Below are positions 45,795 through 55,991 of a stretch of 64,000 nucleotides of DNA, in pieces. A program made the position numbers and the translations under genes. The notes under the pieces were generated by a model. That model did no database searches. It worked only from the letters and a program-made list of their open reading frames with translations, and had not been told where the DNA came from. Every line of letters starts with the position of its first letter. The first letter of the stretch is position 1. The DNA is from a virus. Where the stretch lies: IMG/VR virus record IMGVR_UViG_3300028812_000003, positions 12,515-76,514 of that record; one strand, 5' to 3'.

Positions 45795-47990
45795 TCACCC
45801 GATGGAGCGTGTCGCCGAGGACAGACCGCCGGCCACGGCAATGCCGGTCATGGTCGCCTTCACGATCCGCTGGTGCCAGGCCGGCCAGACCATCGCGTCC
45901 AGACGGTCCGGACTCCAGTCCAGCTCGTCGTACCAGGTGCACATCTGGTCTTCCAGCTCCGGGTGCTCCCCCACCATGTGCCACCGGCCCTGCTCCGAAA
46001 GGGCGCTGACCGGCTCCGCGCGGACCTTCTTCCCCCTCGTCGCCCGCACGACCTTGATGGGGATGCGCACGCCCAGGGCGTCGGCCGCCGCGCGGATCGT
46101 GTTGACGGCCATGTCCCCGCCGAAGTTGACCTCCACGCAGATGTCGTCCGCCTCGTGGTCGACGGCGGCCTGCACCGCGCGGCGGCCCCAGCCGTCCGGG
46201 GAGAGGTGGCACGACCTGTCGGCGAGGACGTAGCCGTGCGCGAGCTGCGTCGGGCGGCCGTCGGCCCGCACGTGCTCCTGCACCGCCTTGCCGACGACGA
46301 CGATGCCCTGTTCGCCCCGGCCGCCCGACGGGTCCACCCCGACGGAGATCCGTGCGAGGTCGGGCAGGTCGCTCGGGCGCACCCGGTGGTCGTCGATCAT
46401 CGCGCGGTTCCACAGCGCGTTCTCGTCGGCGTCGATGATCTCCGCGTGGAGTTCCTGCCGACCGATCTGCGTGCCCGCATAGGCGTCCTCCAGCGCGGCC
46501 CGGATGTCTTCGGGCAGGTGGGGGTTGTCGTACATGGACGCGTGCGTGCGCACGACGTTGCCCACACCGCCGGCCGCGAGTTTCTTGATCAGGGCCCGGG
46601 GCTTGGGGGTGGTGGAGGCGATCCAGTGCGGGCGTGGGCCGACGCGTAGGCCGAACCGCATCTGGTCCCAGGTGTCGTCCAGGTAGCGCCACGCGGCCAG
46701 CTCCTCCAGCCACGCAAGGCAGTTGGAGACGAGCAGGCCGCCCGCGAAGAACTCGTGATCGTGTTCAATCGTCAGGTCGTACACGCGCACGGCGCGACTG
46801 GTACGCGAGGACCGAAGTGCACCGGCGCGAACAAGTGCGGGTCGGGTTCCGGCGCTGGCACTCGAACGCGTCGCCGCACACGCCGCACACCCGCTGCTCC
46901 CGTGCTCGTGACGGAGCAACAGCCTCCCGGCAGGCTCCGGGGCAGTACCGCGCTCCGGTCGTCCCTCGGGAGCGGAAGACTGCGCCGCACCGCTGACAGG
47001 TGAAGTCCCGGTATTCCGCGCGGTCCCAGGTTGCCCGGCCGCCCTTACGGTGCCAGTCCTCTCCGCGCTCCTCGCCGTGCTCGTGCCAATGCTGGCCCGG
47101 CGCGAGCAGCACGAAGTTGCTGACCCGGTTGTCCCGCTTGTTGTGGTTGCGGTGGTGCACTTGCATGCCTGCGGGGATCGGACCGACCTCCCGCGCGTAC
47201 ATGTACCGGTGCAGCAGTCCGTGCCGCGTGCTCCGGTAGTAGTCGTCCGGGCCTGCATGCCAGGTGACGCCGTCGTACCGTATCGAATCCCCGTATTTCC
47301 CCATGTAAAGATTGTCTCCGTTGGCTGAACGAGCGAAACCGGCTTCCAGCCGTCGGCCGTCGCCACCTTGTGATCCGGCGTGAGCCACGTGGACCCCGCG
47401 TCGTGGTCGTAGCGCACGACGTCCTTGATGCCGTTGTCCCAGGCCGCCAGAACCTCTCGCAGGCCGTTGCGCGTCCACACGCGGTCCCCGGGCCGGATGG
47501 TCTCGATGGGTCTCTCTCCGTACTCGGTGCGCACCAGGGTGCCCTCGGCCACGCACCGGTTACCGCCGGACCGCAGGCGCTCGATGTCCTCCGGGCTGTG
47601 CGCGCCGAACACCTTGGCCTCGCTACCGTTGGGCCACTTGATGATCGTGCCGCCCTGGCGGGTCGTCATCTTCGCCTCGGGGCTGTGCACCCGCAGGCCG
47701 GACGGGCCGGCGTAGCAGGACGTCGCCGCGTCGCCGAGGGTGGGCGCGATGATCCCGATCCAGTGCGGGATGGGACCGGGCAGGCACGGCGGGCCCATGA
47801 CGTGCTCGTGGACGTACCGCGCGCACGCGTCGGTCTTCCCGGCGCCTCGCCCGGCCAGCAGCAGCCATCCGTACCAGTCGCCGGGCGGCGGGACCTGGTG
47901 GGGCAGCGGAGTCCAGCGCGGCTCCGTCAGCGTCCGCGCGTGCATGAGCAGCTTCTCCGCCGCGCGGCTCCTCAGCCTCGTGTCCGCCAT
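45795..47990 (-). CDS. Terminase large subunit, intein-containing
   Basis: Walker A AGRGAGKT, Walker B WLEE, TTP, VGVDPS, SPDRLDAMVW; start at 47990 or 47999. Confidence 0.93.
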   Translation of the reverse strand: MADTRLRSRAAEKLLMHARTLTEPRWTPLPHQVPPPGDWYGWLLLAGRGAGKTDACARYVHEHVMGPPCLPGPIPHWIGIIAPTLGDAATSCYAGPSGLRVHSPEAKMTTRQGGTIIKWPNGSEAKVFGAHSPEDIERLRSGGNRCVAEGTLVRTEYGERPIETIRPGDRVWTRNGLREVLAAWDNGIKDVVRYDHDAGSTWLTPDHKVATADGWKPVSLVQPTETIFTWGNTGIRYGTTASPGMQARTTTTGARGTDCCTGTCTRGRSVRSPQACKCTTATTTSGTTGSATSCCSRRASIGTSTARSAERTGTVRAAGQPGTARNTGTSPVSGAAQSSAPEGRPERGTAPEPAGRLLLRHEHGSSGCAACAATRSSASAGTRPALVRAGALRSSRTSRAVRVYDLTIEHDHEFFAGGLLVSNCLAWLEELAAWRYLDDTWDQMRFGLRVGPRPHWIASTTPKPRALIKKLAAGGVGNVVRTHASMYDNPHLPEDIRAALEDAYAGTQIGRQELHAEIIDADENALWNRAMIDDHRVRPSDLPDLARISVGVDPSGGRGEQGIVVVGKAVQEHVRADGRPTQLAHGYVLADRSCHLSPDGWGRRAVQAAVDHEADDICVEVNFGGDMAVNTIRAAADALGVRIPIKVVRATRGKKVRAEPVSALSEQGRWHMVGEHPELEDQMCTWYDELDWSPDRLDAMVWPAWHQRIVKATMTGIAVAGGLSSATRSIG
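46722..47555 (-). mobile_element. Intein (278 aa) in the terminase
   Basis: Begins CVAEGTLV; block B TPDHKV; ends VYDLTIEHDHEFFAGGLLVSN followed by Cys. Confidence 0.9.
46765..47304 (-). CDS. HNH endonuclease with Zn-finger tail, nested out of frame inside the intein
   Basis: LHRYMY..GPIP..VHHRNHNKRDNRVSN; CQRC/YC..AC/CGVC/TCSRRC; GGAG upstream of ATG 47304. Confidence 0.85.
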   Translation of the reverse strand: MGKYGDSIRYDGVTWHAGPDDYYRSTRHGLLHRYMYAREVGPIPAGMQVHHRNHNKRDNRVSNFVLLAPGQHWHEHGEERGEDWHRKGGRATWDRAEYRDFTCQRCGAVFRSRGTTGARYCPGACREAVAPSRAREQRVCGVCGDAFECQRRNPTRTCSRRCTSVLAYQSRRARVRPDD

Positions 47991-48102
47991 GCCCGCCATT
48001 GTCGGCTGCCGGGCGGCGCGCGGTTTCCGGAGCACGACGAGGCCCGCACCGGACGGGGGTGTCGGTGCGGGCCTCGGTGGTGCAATGCAGACGGCGGCGA
48101 GT

Positions 48103-49355
<1,253 letters not shown>

Positions 49356-49375
49356 TCACGAAACGGCCAAACGGC

Positions 49376-50194
49376 TCAGGTGGTGGCCGGCTCGGGCAGC
49401 AGGCCGTGCTCACGAGCCTTGCGCAGGGCGGCGGGGCGGCGGTCGGCCTTGTCCATCCACGCCACGTCCAGGCGCCGGTACGCCTCGCTCAGCCGCGTGG
49501 ACAGGGTCCCCGGATGCATCTTCAGCTCACGTGCCGCCTCGGAAAGGGACGCCCCGTCCTCTAGCGCTACGAGTACTCTCACCTGCGTGTCCGTGAGGGT
49601 GACCGGGTTGGTTCGGACGACGCGGGGTTCCGGCATCCGCAGGCGGAGCAGACCCCGGGCGGCGGCCTCGCGCAGCGCGGCCTCACGGCGCACCGTCTGA
49701 GGCAGGTGGCTCACCCCGAGGGCCGCATAGGCGGACGCGGTGAGTTCCTTGACGACCTTCTGACTGACGCCCCAACGGGTGCAGATCTGCGCCACCGTGC
49801 GGCCGGCGTCGAACGCGCGCAACAGCCGTGTCTCGGCCTCGGACAGGGTCACCCGGCGGTTGCGCAACGCGGCCTCGGTCTCGGCCCGCTCGCGGTTGCC
49901 GCGTTTGCACGCCGCGCAGATCGCCTCGTCCCGCTTGATGTGGCGGCGGTAGGCTGCGAGCGTCCCGCAATCCTCGTACGGGCCGATGTGCCCGGCCAGC
50001 AGACCGTTGCGTACGGCCTGTGCGGCCGTGGACGCCCCGAGCTGACGGTAAATGCGATTGCAGGAACTCTTGACCCCGACGGACGTGACGCCCGTCTCCC
50101 GTGCGATTACTTCGCGGGGGCGGCCGACGGACAGCAGCCACAGCAGCCGGCGCTGGCGCTCCGTCAGGACGATGGGCTGAAGTGCTGCATCCAC
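49376..50194 (-). CDS. Regulator with three LuxR-type HTH repeats and an internal CGT..Y..H..CxxC motif
   Basis: LTERQ, LSEAE and LTDTQ repeats, each ending in Y..L(G/D). Confidence 0.75.
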   Translation of the reverse strand: MDAALQPIVLTERQRRLLWLLSVGRPREVIARETGVTSVGVKSSCNRIYRQLGASTAAQAVRNGLLAGHIGPYEDCGTLAAYRRHIKRDEAICAACKRGNRERAETEAALRNRRVTLSEAETRLLRAFDAGRTVAQICTRWGVSQKVVKELTASAYAALGVSHLPQTVRREAALREAAARGLLRLRMPEPRVVRTNPVTLTDTQVRVLVALEDGASLSEAARELKMHPGTLSTRLSEAYRRLDVAWMDKADRRPAALRKAREHGLLPEPATT

Positions 50195-50344
50195 GGGACG
50201 CCCCTCTCGTAGATTGGGTTGGACCCCGGGCCACGTCCACTGGCCCGGGGTCCTTGTCGACCGGCGACGGCCCGGGGTCGTTCCGCCGGGTCTGGCCGGG
50301 ACACTCATTTAGTTAAATCCCCGTTCCATGGTTTTGCTAAACCA

Positions 50345-51424
50345 TCACAGGGCCAGCCACTCGGGGTTGTCCAGCGACCAGCGCACGGTGGTCTCCAGCG
50401 ACTTCTCCAGGGACACCGGAGGCGTCCAGCCGAAGGCCGCCATCCGCGAGCCGTCCAGGGCGTACCGCAGGTCGTGCCCCGGCCGCGAGGCGTGGAAGGA
50501 CACCGGCTGCACCAGGGCCCGGACGTAGTCGTCGGACAGCCCCATGACCTCCCCGACCATCCGCACCAGTTCGACGTTGTCCACCTCGCGCTCGCCGACG
50601 ATGTGGAACCGCTCGGGCCGCGTGACCCCGTCGCCGTAGCGCGCCGGGCCCATGGCGATGCGGATCATGTCGCCGCCCAGCGTCCACACCTCCGGTTCGG
50701 CCTCGGTGTACCGGCGCGTCAGGTACAGCCACGCGTCGGCGAGGTTGCGCGCGTGCAGGTAGAACCGTGAACCGGGCGTGCCGTCGAGCGCGGTGTGCAC
50801 GGTGATCGGCAAGCCGTCCCGCAGGCCCCGGACGACCATCGGGAGGAACTTCTCGGGGTCCTGCGTCTCGCCGATGATGTTCATCGTGTTGGTGAGGACG
50901 AGGGGCACGTCATAGGTCCGCCAGTAGCTGACGGCGATGGACTCCTGCGCCGCCTTGCTCGCGGAATACGGGTTGGACGGCACGGCCGTCTCCCACTCGG
51001 TGTGCCGGTGGTCGCCGTACGCCGGACCGTACACCTCGTCGGTGGACATCTGGAGGAACAGGCGCGGCCGGATCTCCCGCGCGACCTCCAGCACGTGGAG
51101 CATCAGGGCGACGTTGTTCTGCACGAAGTCGACGGGGTGGGCGATGGACCGGTCCACGTGCGACTCGCTGGCGACGTTCATGATGACGTCGCAGTCCCCG
51201 AACATGTGCAGGGTCAGCGGGTCCGCCGGGGCGCGCATGTCCCAGTGGACGATGTCCACGCGCTTGCCCCAGTCGGTGTCGCACACGGCGGAGGCGACAC
51301 GGGCGGGCAGCCCCTTGTGCCGGAAGGACACCGGGCAGACGATCTCCCAGTCCGTGCGGGCGAGCAGGTGACGCAGGACGTGCGAGCCGACGAACCCGGC
51401 CGCCCCGGTGAGCAGGACGCGCAT
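50345..51424 (-). CDS. rmlB: dTDP-glucose 4,6-dehydratase-like NAD-dependent enzyme
   Basis: TGAAGFVGSH, ASESHVDRSI, STDEVYG, PYSASKAA, RPGHDLRYALD. Confidence 0.85.
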   Translation of the reverse strand: MRVLLTGAAGFVGSHVLRHLLARTDWEIVCPVSFRHKGLPARVASAVCDTDWGKRVDIVHWDMRAPADPLTLHMFGDCDVIMNVASESHVDRSIAHPVDFVQNNVALMLHVLEVAREIRPRLFLQMSTDEVYGPAYGDHRHTEWETAVPSNPYSASKAAQESIAVSYWRTYDVPLVLTNTMNIIGETQDPEKFLPMVVRGLRDGLPITVHTALDGTPGSRFYLHARNLADAWLYLTRRYTEAEPEVWTLGGDMIRIAMGPARYGDGVTRPERFHIVGEREVDNVELVRMVGEVMGLSDDYVRALVQPVSFHASRPGHDLRYALDGSRMAAFGWTPPVSLEKSLETTVRWSLDNPEWLAL

Positions 51425-51612
51425 GGACACCCCTTGTTCCGTGGTCTTTGATCGTGGCGGCAGGGTAGCCACGGACCGGGGAATCGCCGAACGGCCTGGA
51501 AAACGCGGGAACCGCCCGGTGCGGCGCCGGGCGGTTCCAGAGCTGAGGCGGCGTCAGACCGCCGTCTGCTGTGTCGTACCCACGAGGGCGGCGGGCTACT
51601 CCCGAACCCGAG

Positions 51613-51858
51613 TCAGATGCCGTCGACCAGGCTGCCGCTGTGCGTGCGCTCGATGTAGAGCACCGTCTGCTGCGTGCCGCTCTGGTAGTTGTCGCGGAGT
51701 TCGGTCAGCGCGGTCTCCAGGTACGGCAGGAACTGCTCCGCCGCCTCGCGCTGGGACGCGGTGTTCGCGCTGACGGACACCGTCACGGTCAGGTTGTTGT
51801 CGGTCCCGATCATGTAGCCGATGGACGTGGGCGCGTATCCGTCGGTGGGCAGGGCCAT
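51613..51858 (-). CDS. Small hypothetical protein
   Basis: 81 aa, AAGGAG RBS. Confidence 0.65.
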   Translation of the reverse strand: MALPTDGYAPTSIGYMIGTDNNLTVTVSVSANTASQREAAEQFLPYLETALTELRDNYQSGTQQTVLYIERTHSGSLVDGI

Positions 51859-51923
51859 GATGCTCCTTGGGTTGTCGGGCCCCGGATGATGCCACGGGTT
51901 GCCCCGCTCGCCTACGGCGCTGG

Positions 51924-52556
51924 TCAGCCGGGGTCCTCGCTCTCGCCGACGACCTCGCCCTCCACCACGCGCAGGTGCGCGCCGGCCGCCTCCAGCATCC
52001 GCTGCCGCTGCGCCGGCTCCAGCTCCACGGCGTTGGCGCCGGCCAGGATGGCCTCCACCACGACCGTGGTCTCCTCGTCCACCCGGCGGTCCAGCGCGAT
52101 GGTCAGCTTCTCGGAGGCGTCCGTGCCGTCGATCTTCGCCTGTCGCTCCTCGATGCGCATGAGCCGGTCCACGGCCGCGAGGACGGGGGCGCTGTCGCGC
52201 AGCGGCTGGCCGTCCTCGTCGCGGACGATCTGCCCCGCGTGCAGCACGTAGTGCGGCCGGGCGAGGACCGCGTGGACCTGGCGGCGCAGGCCGTCCAGCC
52301 GCATCCGCGCCGCCTCGCGGTACTCCTCCAGCCCCATCGCCAGCTCTTTGTTCGCCTGCTTCAGCGCGCGGGAGACGTCCACGCAGGCGGCGGCGGCCGA
52401 CGGCTGGCCGTCGGCGTCCAGGTAGTGCGGGGACATCTGCTCGGCAACCTGCTGCCAGGACAGGCCCCGGTTCTTCAACTCGATGGCCCGTGCGCGCCGC
52501 TGCGCCACCATCGCCCGGTGGCTCGGCTGGTGGCTGGGCGGGTCACCCTTCGCCAT
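51924..52556 (-). CDS. HTH protein, probable terminase small subunit
   Basis: RARAIEL..GLSWQQVAEQM; AVDRLMRIEERQAKIDG. Confidence 0.6.
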   Translation of the reverse strand: MAKGDPPSHQPSHRAMVAQRRARAIELKNRGLSWQQVAEQMSPHYLDADGQPSAAAACVDVSRALKQANKELAMGLEEYREAARMRLDGLRRQVHAVLARPHYVLHAGQIVRDEDGQPLRDSAPVLAAVDRLMRIEERQAKIDGTDASEKLTIALDRRVDEETTVVVEAILAGANAVELEPAQRQRMLEAAGAHLRVVEGEVVGESEDPG

Positions 52557-52577
52557 AGTCCTTAGCCTCCCTAATGA

Positions 52578-53480
52578 TTAACGGGTCTCGCGCAGGACGC
52601 CCTTGGTGCGCTCGCGGTACTCCCGGGCCCGGTCGATCTCCTCGGCCTCGCTACCGCACCGGGTCATCGCGGTGCGCATGTACGAGACGACCGAGATGCG
52701 TTCCGCCCCGCAGTCCTCGCAGTAGGCCGTCCGTCGTTCACCGCAGGCGCAGACGATGGCCGTGTTGCCGTGCCACTGATGGGCGTCCATCAGGATCAGG
52801 TCGCCGTCCTGAAGGTCCACGCCCACCCGGAACTCCGGGAACACGAACGTCCCTCCGGTGTACGTGCCCCGACGGAGCGCGAAGATCGTGCTGAACCCCT
52901 TGTCCAGGTCGCCCTTGTCGGTGTGCACACCGGTTGGGTAGGTGTTGTTGACGGTGACCGTCGTGAACGGGGTACCGGGCACCACCCAGTCCGGGTGCGT
53001 CCGCTCGATCTCCTCCATCTGCGCCGCGTAGCGCTCGGGGACGTGTTCCTGCATCGCCCCGGCTACGGCTTGCAACGCCGGGTGCAGCGCCTCCCACTCC
53101 GGGAGGTTCTTGCCGGTCCAGGCCGTCAGGCGGCAGAACCTGAAGGTGCCCCCGGGGTCGAACGCCCCGAGGATGCTGGAGCTGACCGCCTTGAAGTACT
53201 GCCGTTTCTGCGCGCCCGCACGAACGGCCTTGGAGCCCGAGGCGGGGCCCCGGTTCCCTGTTGTGGTCCGTCGCAGGCTGTGCAGGATCGCGTACTGCTC
53301 CTCGGTGACGACGTCCTTCATCGCGCCGGGTAGGTAGACGCACAGCGGTTGCCCGTTGGGCAGGAACACCCGGGTTGGCCCTGTCAGCTTCACGTTGTAG
53401 GCGTCGTCCCCGAGTACCTTGCCAGCTTTTTCCTCAAGCTCCTGCTTGCCAATCCGGGAGCGCAGACGAATAGAGATCAA
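52578..53480 (-). CDS. TET/JBP-family 2OG-Fe(II) dioxygenase
   Basis: PFTTVTVNN, HxD (VHTDKGD), distal H (WHGNT), RxS (RISVVSYMR). Confidence 0.85.
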   Translation of the reverse strand: MISIRLRSRIGKQELEEKAGKVLGDDAYNVKLTGPTRVFLPNGQPLCVYLPGAMKDVVTEEQYAILHSLRRTTTGNRGPASGSKAVRAGAQKRQYFKAVSSSILGAFDPGGTFRFCRLTAWTGKNLPEWEALHPALQAVAGAMQEHVPERYAAQMEEIERTHPDWVVPGTPFTTVTVNNTYPTGVHTDKGDLDKGFSTIFALRRGTYTGGTFVFPEFRVGVDLQDGDLILMDAHQWHGNTAIVCACGERRTAYCEDCGAERISVVSYMRTAMTRCGSEAEEIDRAREYRERTKGVLRETR

Positions 53481-54052
53481 CGGTTCACCTCCGGGGTTAT
53501 CGGCGGGAAGACGTCGCGCACCTCGGCCGCCATCTCCGCCGGGCTGTACTGCTCCACGTCGATGCACCGCAGCCGGACGCCCGGCGCACCGGCGGCCCAG
53601 TCGGCCAGGCGGGACGCCCGGGTGGCCGCACCCTTGCGCCAGGACGGGTTCTGTCGCGCCCCGCGCTCGCGCCACCGCTGATCCAGCAGCGCCGGTGACG
53701 CCATCAGCTCCACCACCGTGACCGCCACGCCCTGCTGCGCCAGTCCGCCGAGGAAAGGCCGGGTGGCCAGCCGCGCGCCCTCCCCCACGGCGAAGGGCGT
53801 GTAGCTGGCCGACAGAAACTGGAGCGCCCGGGGCCCTATGTCCATGGCCAGGGCGTCGGTGCCGGGGAAGTCCTCGCGGGGCACCCCGAGTTCCAGTCCG
53901 GCGGTGCGGCCGGTGGCGGGGTGGTTGAGACGGGTGTGGGGGACGGCGTGGTGCCGGTCCACCTCTGTGTCCCAGCCGGTGCGCAGCTCCCGGACAAGCG
54001 TGGACTTGCCCACCCCCGGCGGGCCGATGACGTACAGCAGGCCACGTATCAC
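53477..54052 (-). CDS. P-loop nucleotide/DNA kinase
   Basis: GPPGVGKST, FPGTDAL, GEGARL; GTG 54052 overlaps the upstream stop. Confidence 0.8.
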   Translation of the reverse strand: MIRGLLYVIGPPGVGKSTLVRELRTGWDTEVDRHHAVPHTRLNHPATGRTAGLELGVPREDFPGTDALAMDIGPRALQFLSASYTPFAVGEGARLATRPFLGGLAQQGVAVTVVELMASPALLDQRWRERGARQNPSWRKGAATRASRLADWAAGAPGVRLRCIDVEQYSPAEMAAEVRDVFPPITPEVNR

Positions 54053-54918
54053 GAGATGGGTCCTCCCACGATCCACAGGCACGTCGTGCCGTCCCGGCGG
54101 GTCCACCAGTCGGGTCGCTTCTCGTTCAGGTAGCGCACCACCTTGCCCTCGTAGGTGGGGTGCAGGCGGATGCCGTCGGCGGTGCCGGGCATCTTGTCGC
54201 CGTAGGAGGCGTATCCGGAGCCGTGCAGGTCCAGGTGCTCGTACGCCGGGAGTTCCAGACCCATGGCGGCGAACCGGTCTGCCAGCCAGGCCCTCCGGTC
54301 CGGGCCGATGCCCACCAGCACCGTCTTTCGGGGGCGGTCGGCCGACGATCGCTGGGCCAAGCCCATGAGCACACCGGCCGCCGTGTTGCCGGACCCGAAC
54401 GGCACCACCAGCGTCCCCACCCCGTCCGGCAGGTTCTCCGTCTGCCGGGCGGCGACCGCGTGGAAGTCCAGCAGCTCCTCGCGGGTGGCGGCGGGTGGGG
54501 TGGTGATGCCGTACTGGAGCCAGTACGCGGCGGGGTCGGTGGCGGCGAGCCTGCGCGCGTAGGACTGAAGCGCCGGGTTGTAGTCGACGGCCGCGAACTC
54601 CAGGCCCGCCCCGTGGTCCACGGCCATGCGGATGGACGGGTGCCGGATGGCTGTGGTGGGTTTGGTGCCGCCGACGACGACCGTGCAGCCGAGGCCGTGG
54701 CGCCGTGCGAGGACGGCGGCCATGGCGCTCTGCGGGGAGAGCACCGAGGCGGCGGAGATGACCCGCTTGGCGCCGGCGCGGGCGGCCCGGCCGATCAGGT
54801 GCTCGCAGGCGCGCAGCTTGGAGCCGTTGACGCCGACAGGCAGCGCGGCGAGGTCTTCCCGCTTGTAGAGACGGCCGCCCCGGTTCTCCACCGGGCTGAG
54901 CCAGGAGTTCAGATCCAC
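54049..54918 (-). CDS. PLP-dependent fold-type II enzyme
   Basis: SPVE..YKREDL..NGSKLR, PFGSGNT, HPTYEGK. Confidence 0.85.
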   Translation of the reverse strand: MDLNSWLSPVENRGGRLYKREDLAALPVGVNGSKLRACEHLIGRAARAGAKRVISAASVLSPQSAMAAVLARRHGLGCTVVVGGTKPTTAIRHPSIRMAVDHGAGLEFAAVDYNPALQSYARRLAATDPAAYWLQYGITTPPAATREELLDFHAVAARQTENLPDGVGTLVVPFGSGNTAAGVLMGLAQRSSADRPRKTVLVGIGPDRRAWLADRFAAMGLELPAYEHLDLHGSGYASYGDKMPGTADGIRLHPTYEGKVVRYLNEKRPDWWTRRDGTTCLWIVGGPIS

Positions 54919-55991
54919 GCACGCTCCCTCTGGCCGAGCAGCCCGTCCCGTACCAACCGGTCGAAACCGTTGGTGAAGCAAGGCCAGTCGTCCGCCATGC
55001 CGATGACCTGACCGGTGGTCCGGTACCAGTTCTGTTTGACCGGCACGCAGCCGGGGTCCCCGGGGTTGTCCTCCAGCCGCAGCCGGGCGGGCAGCGCCTC
55101 TCGGCGGGCGTCCCAGATGACGCCGAACCGCCGGCCGAACCGGTTCTCCGCACGCACCAGCCGGTCATGCAGCATGTCGTTGTAGACGCCGGGGTAGCGA
55201 CGGTTCGGTTTGTGCCAGCTCTTGTACGTGCACAGTGCCGACTCCAGCGACAGATAGCCGACCGTGCGGTCCCCTGGGACCCGGCGTCGCGCCTCGGCCA
55301 GCAAACCGTAGCCGACGGACGCCAGTTCGCTGAGCACGTCCGGGGTGTAGCCGAACGCGGGGTCCCCGAGCTGCTTGTCAGCGATCCACTCGTCCCGGCC
55401 GGCGACGAGGGCGAGGCCGTTGCGGTGGCTGCGGGAGCCGGGGATGTCCGTGAGCAGCAGCGTGTCAGCGTCCGGGGCTCCGCACTCCAGGATGCGCAGG
55501 TATTCCAGGTAGCTCCAGGTGGACAGCCGGCCCATGGTCGGTATCGCGGCGGCGGCGTCCCACCACGCGCCCCACTCGTGCGGCAGCCGGAAGTACCGGG
55601 CCTGTGCGTCCGGCCCCGGGCCGGTCAGCCGCCGATACCCGTCCACCGCGTCCGCGAACCGGGCCTTGTGGTACCGGCGGTCGGTGTCCCACTCCAGCTC
55701 GCGGTAGTGCCCCCGCCAGAACTCCACGGCCCCGTCCGCGTCGCCGGGGCGCGATGCGGCCTGCATGAGCAGCAGCGTGGTGACAGGGTTCTGCGTGTTG
55801 GCGTTGAGGAACGCCGCCCAGAATCGTTGCTCGGTGTCCCAGTCGAGTGCGTCGGCAAGGTGCGGCAGCGCGTAGTGCACTCCCCCAGGGAACGAGCGGT
55901 GACGCACCGACCACTCGTAGAACCGCAGGAACACCTCCCGCCGGTACTGCGGTAGCCGGAAGTCGAGACCGGCCGTCAGTGTGTCGCTCAC
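54909..55991 (-). CDS. aGPT-PPlase-like amino acid:DNA transferase
   Basis: WDTDRRYHK, GRLSTWSYLEYL, SHRNGL, ESALCTYK..RRYPGVY; operon context. Confidence 0.75.
   Translation of the reverse strand: MSDTLTAGLDFRLPQYRREVFLRFYEWSVRHRSFPGGVHYALPHLADALDWDTEQRFWAAFLNANTQNPVTTLLLMQAASRPGDADGAVEFWRGHYRELEWDTDRRYHKARFADAVDGYRRLTGPGPDAQARYFRLPHEWGAWWDAAAAIPTMGRLSTWSYLEYLRILECGAPDADTLLLTDIPGSRSHRNGLALVAGRDEWIADKQLGDPAFGYTPDVLSELASVGYGLLAEARRRVPGDRTVGYLSLESALCTYKSWHKPNRRYPGVYNDMLHDRLVRAENRFGRRFGVIWDARREALPARLRLEDNPGDPGCVPVKQNWYRTTGQVIGMADDWPCFTNGFDRLVRDGLLGQRERAWI

Noticed and set aside
54049-54918. Metabolic ACC deaminase or cysteine synthase auxiliary gene
   Set aside because: The fold is shared, but coupling between the transferase and kinase genes favours a base-tailoring role.
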